DNA from: a virus
Virus record (IMG/VR): IMGVR_UViG_3300045988_105168
Coordinates: 1-64,000 of that record
Length of the DNA stretch: 64,000 nucleotides
Strand: one strand, 5' to 3'
In this document: piece after piece, positions 1 through 5,178 of the stretch
How the letters are laid out: the number at the start of each line of letters is the position of its first letter
Position numbering within the stretch: the stretch's first letter is position 1
The notes under the pieces: generated by a model
What the model was told of the DNA's origin: nothing
Databases searched by the model: none
The model's input: only the letters and a program-made list of their open reading frames with translations
Made by a program: the position numbers and the translations under genes

Positions 1-63
1 AAGATAGTTTTATATATATTTATTAATAACTAGATAATATAGATATGTAGCTCATTGCTTCTT

Positions 64-137
64 AGGGGCGTAGTTCAATGGTAGAATAACGGTCTCCAAA
101 ACCGCTGATGTGGGTTCAATTCCTACCGCCCCTGCCA
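64..137 (+). tRNA. tRNA-Trp (anticodon CCA)
   Basis: Cloverleaf read by eye: acceptor AGGGGCG/CGCCCCT, anticodon loop CT-CCA-AA, T-loop TTCAATT, encoded G-CCA end. Confidence 0.85.
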
Positions 138-140
138 TTT

Positions 141-217
141 GGTTCGTTGGTCTAGTGGTCTATGACGTCTGCCTGTCACGCAGGAAATCACGAGTTCAAA
201 TCTCGTACGAACCGCCA
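141..217 (+). tRNA. tRNA-Asp (anticodon GTC)
   Basis: Acceptor GGTTCGT/ACGAACC, anticodon loop CT-GTC-AC, T-loop TTCAAAT, encoded CCA. Confidence 0.9.
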
Positions 218-244
218 TTGAATTGTAAATAAGGAGGATTAATT

Positions 245-574
245 ATGAAAATTAGATTGCCAAAAACTGAGAAAAAAGTTATAATTGATGAAAAGAGAAG
301 AACAGTTACTACATTATTATTAGGGACTGAAAATACAGCAATTAAATTTGTTGGTGTAGCAAAATGTTCACCAGAAGATACATTTGATGCTGAAATTGGT
401 GCTAAAATCAGTTATAGACGTGCAAGACGTCAAATGTTAGTTCAAATTCGTAATGAAATTAGAGCGGAAATTAAAAAAGGTGAAGAATACGCTAAGTTTC
501 ATAGAGATTTATGTGAAGATATAACAAAAGCAATCGAAGAGTTAAAACAAAGTATTTATGACATTGTTGAATAA
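245..574 (+). CDS. hypothetical protein (109 aa)
   Basis: ORF track; AAGGAGG SD 7-8 nt upstream of the ATG; no family recognised. Confidence 0.6.
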   Translation: MKIRLPKTEKKVIIDEKRRTVTTLLLGTENTAIKFVGVAKCSPEDTFDAEIGAKISYRRARRQMLVQIRNEIRAEIKKGEEYAKFHRDLCEDITKAIEELKQSIYDIVE

Positions 575-589
575 TTAATTCTTCTTCCT

Positions 590-665
590 GGATGGGTAGC
601 TCAGTTGGCAGAGCACAGGACTGAAAATCCTGGTGTCGTTGGTTCAATCCCAACTCCGTCCACCA
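590..665 (+). tRNA. tRNA-Phe (anticodon GAA)
   Basis: Acceptor GGATGGG/TCCGTCC (with G.U pairs), D-arm AGCTCAGTTGGCAGAGC, anticodon loop CT-GAA-AA, encoded CCA. Confidence 0.9.
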
Positions 666-678
666 TAAATAAATATAT

Positions 679-808
679 ATAGGTTCTATATCGAGGGTGG
701 ACAACGGGATGTCCCCAGGTGCCGACTAATCCTATAATATCGATATAGATAAAAGTTAAAAGCCGATAGCAATGTTGTGCGCACCTTTAGCTATACAACT
801 CATCCTAT
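679..808 (+). pseudogene. tRNA-Cys-like debris (split T-arm plus 5' 11-mer)
   Basis: ATAGGTTC...AATCCTATAA matches the T-arm of the intact tRNA-Cys at 8986 but is interrupted by about 43 nt. GCACCTTTAGC (781-791) equals the first 11 nt of that tRNA. No complete cloverleaf is present. Confidence 0.3.
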
Positions 809-815
809 TTTAAAT

Positions 816-892
816 GCCGATGTAGCTCTAATTGGTAGAGCGCTTGACTTGTAATCAAGATGTTGTGGGTTCGAGTCCTACCATCGGCACCA
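816..892 (+). tRNA. tRNA-Thr (anticodon TGT)
   Basis: Acceptor GCCGATG/CATCGGC, anticodon loop CT-TGT-AA, T-loop TTCGAGT, encoded CCA. Confidence 0.9.
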
Positions 893-897
893 TTATT

Positions 898-973
898 GGG
901 GCATTAGCTCAGTTGGGAGAGCGCTACCCTTGCAAGGTAGAGGTCATCGGTTCGACCCCGTTATGCTCCACCA
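898..973 (+). tRNA. tRNA-Ala (anticodon TGC)
   Basis: Acceptor GGGGCAT/ATGCTCC with the G3:U70 identity pair, anticodon loop CT-TGC-AA, encoded CCA. Confidence 0.9.
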
Positions 974-974
974 T

Positions 975-1051
975 CGGGAATTAGTTCAGTTTGGTAGAAC
1001 GCTAGTTTTGGGAACTAGAGGCCGTAGGTTCAAGTCCTGCATTCCCGACCA
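975..1051 (+). tRNA. tRNA-Pro (anticodon TGG)
   Basis: Acceptor CGGGAAT/ATTCCCG, anticodon loop TT-TGG-GA, T-loop TTCAAGT, encoded CCA. Confidence 0.9.
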
Positions 1052-1054
1052 TTT

Positions 1055-1141
1055 GCTCTTGTGGCGGAATAGGTAGACGCAACGGACTTAAAATCCGTTG
1101 GGAGTAATCCCGTGATGGTTCAAGTCCATTCAGGAGCACCA
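1055..1141 (+). tRNA. tRNA-Leu (anticodon TAA)
   Basis: Acceptor GCTCTTG/CAGGAGC, anticodon loop CT-TAA-AA, long variable arm, encoded CCA. Confidence 0.9.
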
Positions 1142-1147
1142 ATATAT

Positions 1148-1521
1148 GTAGGGTTAGTTCAAAAAGAGTTATTTATTTGAGCGAATTGAGGTAAAGTAAG
1201 AACGTGCGACGTACTCACGACAGAATGAAATAGAGTAGCGTTGTTGTGTGAAGGATATGACGAGCGTCAACTAATATGGTTCGCCCTGTTAGGTAGTGCG
1301 AGTTGTGTAGAATGAGCAGCAATAGTGAAATAAAGTAAAGTTTGCGGGTGTACAAGTAGTGTGATGAAATATCGATAAGTTGCGAAAAGTAAGTAATTTG
1401 GATATAGAACGCTACGTCAAGAGCCAAGATGGGTATCGATGTAAGTAAGAATTTCTTGTAATGAAAGCGGAGGTACTTAGACGGGTGTAGTAATGTGGGT
1501 TAAATCCCCACACCCTACTCC
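1148..1521 (+). ncRNA. long tRNA-like non-coding element (acceptor pairing plus T-arm around about 340 nt of C-poor sequence)
   Basis: GTAGGGT (1148-1154) pairs with ACCCTAC (1512-1518), which directly follows a canonical T-arm GTGGG-TTAAATC-CCCAC (1495-1511). The interior has no credible ORF and repeats AAGTAAG-type motifs. The 3' end reads TCC-T, so there is no full CCA. Confidence 0.3.
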
Positions 1522-1530
1522 TTTAATTTT

Positions 1531-1621
1531 GTCCACTTACTCAAGTTGGTGAAGAGGAGAGTTTGCTAAACTCTTAGGTCAGATTTCTGGCGCAGAGGTT
1601 CGAGCCCTCTAGTGGACGCCA
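1531..1621 (+). tRNA. tRNA-Ser (anticodon GCT)
   Basis: Acceptor GTCCACT/AGTGGAC, anticodon loop TT-GCT-AA, long variable arm, encoded CCA. Confidence 0.9.
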
Positions 1622-1645
1622 TTAAGTAAATAAGGAGAGTTTTTT

Positions 1646-1897
1646 ATGGAGAAAAAAGTTGAAGTTGATGGTGTGATTATTAGAGACGGTCATATTAAAT
1701 GTTTATGGCACGGGGCACCTGGATTTGGAGAACTTGATATTTACTCTAACAAAAACGACCCATATAAAGATAGTTGTTATGAAGATGAAACAAAGTCATT
1801 TGAAGTAACAACAGAATGTATGGGTGAAGAATTCTACCAAGCAATTTTATTAGAGATGGTAGAATACTTAAAGAAAAACTCTGTTATTATAGAATGA
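1646..1897 (+). CDS. hypothetical protein (83 aa)
   Basis: ORF track; AAGGAGAG SD upstream; lies between two tRNAs. Confidence 0.55.
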   Translation: MEKKVEVDGVIIRDGHIKCLWHGAPGFGELDIYSNKNDPYKDSCYEDETKSFEVTTECMGEEFYQAILLEMVEYLKKNSVIIE

Positions 1898-1898
1898 C

Positions 1899-1975
1899 GG
1901 CGAGTTGGTGAAATTGGTTAACACATACGCCTTTCACGCGTACATTCACGGGTTCAAATCCCGTACTCGTCACCA
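1899..1975 (+). tRNA. tRNA-Glu (anticodon TTC)
   Basis: Acceptor GGCGAGT/ACTCGTC (G2.U71), anticodon loop CT-TTC-AC, T-loop TTCAAAT, encoded CCA. Confidence 0.8.
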
Positions 1976-1989
1976 AATGGAGGAATATA

Positions 1990-2670
1990 ATGAAACCAAG
2001 GTTGACTATTCTAATTACTTCTTATAATAAAGAGAAGTATATATCTTACGTAATTAATATGTTAATAGCACAAAATTGTGAAGATATAGTTGTTCATATT
2101 ATCGATGATGGCTCAACAGATAATAGTTTAAATATTATCAATGAGTTAATTAGTGATGTAGATAACTTTCATTTACATCATTGGGATAAAAATAAAGGCA
2201 CTGGTAAAACCAGAAATTATGCTTTAGATTTAGTCAAAACTAATTATTTTATTTTTATAGATGCTGATGATATGATAACTGAAAATTACGTTACTAAGAT
2301 TTTAGAATATATTACAGAAGACCCAACTGCGGATATTCATTATTTTAGAACCAGAATATACCCTTTAGGTGAAACGGCTTGTTATGATTTTTCTTTGTGG
2401 GATAAAGTAATAAGCAAAGATTTTTTAGACAAACATAATATTAGATTTAAAGACTCGTTAAATAATATGGAAGATTATAATTTAAGAAGAAAAATCGAGA
2501 AAGTTGATTTTATAGAAGTTAATCATCCAGAGGTGCTGTATATTTATAATCTTTTAGCAGAAGGAACGGTCACACATCAAGAACAAATCTGGTATAATCA
2601 TAATTTAGATGGTATTAGAGCTGAATGTGACCCAAACACTATTGCTATATATAATGATACGGAGGATTAA
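1990..2670 (+). CDS. family-2 (GT-A) glycosyltransferase
   Basis: ILITSYNKEKY...HIIDDGSTDNS and the DxD-type motif IFIDADDM; GGAGG SD. Confidence 0.75.
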   Translation: MKPRLTILITSYNKEKYISYVINMLIAQNCEDIVVHIIDDGSTDNSLNIINELISDVDNFHLHHWDKNKGTGKTRNYALDLVKTNYFIFIDADDMITENYVTKILEYITEDPTADIHYFRTRIYPLGETACYDFSLWDKVISKDFLDKHNIRFKDSLNNMEDYNLRRKIEKVDFIEVNHPEVLYIYNLLAEGTVTHQEQIWYNHNLDGIRAECDPNTIAIYNDTED

Positions 2671-2671
2671 A

Positions 2672-3385
2672 ATGGATGTTATACTTACTACGAAGTGCAA
2701 TTTAAAATGTAGCGAATGTTGTTATTTATTTAATAAATACGAGCACGGCGAAGATTTAGATGCTGATGTTATAATTAGCAATATGGAAAAGATAAAAACC
2801 ATTATCATACAACATCAATTATTATCTATTATTGGTGGAGAAACGTTTTTATATCCCAACTTAGTTAAAATTGTAAAATATGTCAACACTATTCCTAATA
2901 TTAAATGCACAATTTTCACAAATGGAACTATCTATCCTAGTTATATCGAAGAATTGTGTCGCACTATGAATAAAAACTTTAATATTATGATTGGTGGATA
3001 TGGTAATCCAGAAGTTATAAAAAAATTGGAAGACATTTTTACTAAGTATAATGTTAATTATGCTATTCGTCCAGACGATGCTGAATGGATAAACCACGGA
3101 GAATTCATTGACCACCAAGAAGAAAAAACTCATTTCTGTGAATTTAGATATTTAACACTAATGAAAAATAGGGTATATGCTTGTGGAAGATTTGCTCAAG
3201 CGGTTAATCTGGGCTTAATAGATATTAAAGAATTAACTGAAGACGAATATGTTGATTTAGATGATGAATTTTTATTAGAGAAACTTGCAATGATGACAGA
3301 AGAGTCTTTCTATAAATTCACTTCTACTTGCAAATATTGTCTAAGAGGTTCTAAAAAAGGTTATGGAATTAACCAAGGTATATAA
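2672..3385 (+). CDS. small radical-SAM enzyme
   Basis: N-terminal CNLKCSEC (CxxxCxxC) cluster motif and extra C-terminal cysteines (CKYC). I moved the start to ATG 2672 behind GGAGG; the track ORF from 2609 overlaps the upstream gene. Confidence 0.7.
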   Translation: MDVILTTKCNLKCSECCYLFNKYEHGEDLDADVIISNMEKIKTIIIQHQLLSIIGGETFLYPNLVKIVKYVNTIPNIKCTIFTNGTIYPSYIEELCRTMNKNFNIMIGGYGNPEVIKKLEDIFTKYNVNYAIRPDDAEWINHGEFIDHQEEKTHFCEFRYLTLMKNRVYACGRFAQAVNLGLIDIKELTEDEYVDLDDEFLLEKLAMMTEESFYKFTSTCKYCLRGSKKGYGINQGI

Positions 3386-3589
3386 TATACACCCCTCGTA
3401 TTTAATTTACACTAAAGAAGGGCTTATGAGAATAGGAATTGTTTTACAAAGGTGTGTAATCGTTAAAACAAGTAAAGGTCGGTAGGATAAAAATACATAA
3501 AAGAAGTGCCTATTCAGAATTATTATTTAGGTGGCTCGTCATTGAAGAGGCGATAAGCAGCTGGTTTAATTCCAGTAGTCCACATTTTT

Positions 3590-3663
3590 GCAGATATAGT
3601 TTAAAGGTAGAACTTCAGCCTTCCAAGCTGACCGTGTCGGTTCGAGTCCGTCTATCTGCTCCA
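3590..3663 (+). tRNA. tRNA-Gly (anticodon TCC)
   Basis: Acceptor GCAGATA/TATCTGC, anticodon loop CT-TCC-AA, T-loop TTCGAGT, encoded CCA. Confidence 0.85.
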
Positions 3664-3668
3664 TTTTT

Positions 3669-3753
3669 GCATCCGTATTCTGTTAAGGACACAGGGCAGT
3701 CTGTAAAACTGTTGCCGCTGGCTGGCTAGGTTCGATACCTAGAGGGTGCACCA
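3669..3753 (+). tRNA. tRNA-Tyr (anticodon GTA)
   Basis: Acceptor GCATCCG/AGGGTGC (one mismatch), anticodon loop CT-GTA-AA, long variable arm as in bacterial tRNA-Tyr, T-arm CTAGG-TTCGATA-CCTAG, encoded CCA. Confidence 0.75.
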
Positions 3754-3758
3754 TATAT

Positions 3759-3846
3759 GTCGGGTAAAGAGAACATTGAAAAGCGTGAAAGCTAGTGAGT
3801 AGCGTGAAGTAGAAACGGGAAGACGTCTATATCCCACCTGGCACCA
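3759..3846 (+). ncRNA. tRNA-like element with a non-canonical interior, ending in ACCA
   Basis: GTCGGGT/ACCTGGC gives a 7-bp acceptor-like pairing (2 G.U) followed by A-CCA. The T-position arm is GGGA-(11 nt)-TCCC, which is not canonical. Preceded by the recurrent TATATGT motif. Confidence 0.25.
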
Positions 3847-3849
3847 TTT

Positions 3850-3926
3850 GCAGGATTAGCTCAGTTGGTTAGAGCACCTGCCTTACAAGCAGGGGGTCTG
3901 CGGTTCGAGTCCGTAATCCTGCACCA
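3850..3926 (+). tRNA. tRNA-Val (anticodon TAC)
   Basis: Acceptor GCAGGAT/ATCCTGC, anticodon loop CT-TAC-AA, T-loop TTCGAGT, encoded CCA. Confidence 0.9.
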
Positions 3927-3929
3927 TTT

Positions 3930-4088
3930 CGGAGAATATTCACGTAATATCTAGCGTGACCCTGGAGGGCAGGGTGTGGGTAATACGACAACTCGTCTTG
4001 TATTATTGGATTATATAATATAGTTACATATAAGAGAGGAAACGTGGGAATAACCACCTTATTGGTGCAAATCCAATTTCTCCGACCA
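3930..4088 (+). ncRNA. 159-nt tRNA-like element (acceptor, D-like arm, T-arm, CCA) with a large insert
   Basis: CGGAGAA/TTCTCCG acceptor plus A-CCA, T-arm ATTGG-TGCAAAT-CCAAT, D-like helix TCACG/CGTGA. There is no 7-nt anticodon loop; about 100 nt of extra structured sequence sits in its place. Confidence 0.35.
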
Positions 4089-4093
4089 TTAAT

Positions 4094-4180
4094 GCCTAGT
4101 TGTGATAATTGGTAGTCGGGCGGTCTTGAAAACCGTTGGTCGGAAACGGCTTGGGGGTTCGAGTCCCTCACTAGGCGCCA
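4094..4180 (+). tRNA. tRNA-Ser (anticodon TGA)
   Basis: Acceptor GCCTAGT/ACTAGGC, anticodon loop CT-TGA-AA, long variable arm, encoded CCA. Confidence 0.9.
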
Positions 4181-4188
4181 TTAAATTT

Positions 4189-4555
4189 GGGGTTGTCTTG
4201 GTTTCGACAGGAATGTACGAGATATGAACTACGAGTCGGAGGAACACGTCACGAACACAAAACAATAACTGGAAACAGAATTTTAAATACACTTAGAAAC
4301 TTATTTACTAATAAGGTGGCTTTAGCCTAGTGTTGCTGATTATAATTTTGTCTATTGGTTATAATTGGTATCATATAAATAGACTGGTTGTTACTTCCAC
4401 CTAAAGTGCTAACAATGAGATTTATTTAGGTTATTTCATTTAGATTTTTGCTTATTTTAAATAAATTGAAATAACATTGTAAAAATAAGATACGCTCGTA
4501 AAAGTTTGTAGGTAGTTATTTTTGGACAGGGGTTCGAGTCCCCTCAGCTCCACCA
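4189..4555 (+). ncRNA. ssrA: tmRNA (transfer-messenger RNA)
   Basis: 5' GGGGTTGTCTTGGTTTCGACAGG and 3' GGACAGGGGTTCGAGTCCCCTCAGCTCCACCA form the tRNA-Ala-like domain (G3:U70). The internal tag frame ends ...AAT AAG GTG GCT TTA GCC TAG (NKVALA-stop, stop at 4328-4330). Confidence 0.85.
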
Positions 4556-4573
4556 ATATTAGGAGAATTAATT

Positions 4574-4744
4574 ATGATTACACATATGTACTATGGCGAG
4601 CCTTGTAAAGAAATCAAACTAGAATATCATTATTATAGAAAAGCCGCTTGTTGTGATAATTGCATCAAGCGTTTTATTTTTAGAAGGCTTGCAAAATATT
4701 ATGAGAAAAAATATGATAAAAAATTCTTGACAAACAAGAGATAA
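4574..4744 (+). CDS. small Cys-rich protein (56 aa, below the ORF-track cutoff)
   Basis: TAGGAGA SD plus ATG. Translation by eye: MITHMYYGEPCKEIKLEYHYYRKAACCDNCIKRF...TNKR-stop. Confidence 0.4.
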   Translation: MITHMYYGEPCKEIKLEYHYYRKAACCDNCIKRFIFRRLAKYYEKKYDKKFLTNKR

Positions 4745-4755
4745 TGTGGTATTAT
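4727..4755 (+). promoter_or_regulatory. sigma70-type promoter TTGACA-17 nt-TATTAT
   Basis: TTGACA at 4727-4732, a 17-nt spacer, TATTAT at 4750-4755 with TG two nt upstream. Confidence 0.6.
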
Positions 4756-4761
4756 ATATTT

Positions 4762-5170
4762 GACAGTAAAGATTGGAGACATAAAGGGTTCCTATATAAA
4801 TGAATGATTTGGTAAATGGGTTTAATATTACTCTTCGTCTTTAAAATTTAATGTAGACACAAAGGCTTCCTTTGATTAACAAAAAGCGCTACAAATTAGT
4901 CGGGCGCCTCCCGACACCCGTTAGTCTTCGTCTACATTGACTGTAAATATTATTAGGGCATAAAGGGTTCCTTTCAAGCGCATTGTAAGCCGTGTGTCGT
5001 TGGTTCGAGTCCAACACCGCCAGTTGGCGGTTAGCTCAGCTGGGTAGAGCAGCGAGAGTACTCTTCGCCCTTAATTATGTATATTTTGGTGTCATAGCGA
5101 GTTCCTATTCCGTGGGTATCCACACCGAAATCAGGATTTGGCTTGAATTACTCGCCGACACATTAATAAA
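4762..5170 (+). ncRNA. structured ncRNA or long leader of the 682-aa gene
   Basis: No credible ORF and locally GC-enriched. 9-bp helix AATGTAGAC (4850-4858)/GTCTACATT (4930-4938) encloses two hairpins. 13-nt direct repeat ATAAAGGGTTCCT at 4781 and 4960. Contains the permuted tRNA mimic. Confidence 0.5.
4999..5068 (+). ncRNA. circularly permuted, capped tRNA-like domain
   Basis: In order: T-arm GTTGG-TTCGAGT-CCAAC; acceptor-like helix ACCGCC/GGCGGT closed by an AGTT loop; TA; D-arm GCTC-AGCTGGGTA-GAGC; A; then the arm GCGAG-AGTACTC-TTCGC. Confidence 0.55.
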
Positions 5171-5178
5171 AAAGGAGA

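Noticed and set aside
1215-1427. 70-aa minus-strand ORF inside the long tRNA-like element
   Set aside because: It has no SD and odd composition, and it lies antisense within a non-coding structured region of the plus-strand tRNA operon. It is most likely spurious.
3869-4292. Minus-strand ORFs of 100 and 67 aa
   Set aside because: They run antisense across tRNA-Val, tRNA-Ser and the 5' end of the tmRNA, which is a typical artefact of GC-richer RNA genes.
4762-5170. T-box riboswitch leader
   Set aside because: There is no T-box consensus (AGGGTGGNACCGCG-like) and no terminator/antiterminator pair before the ORF.
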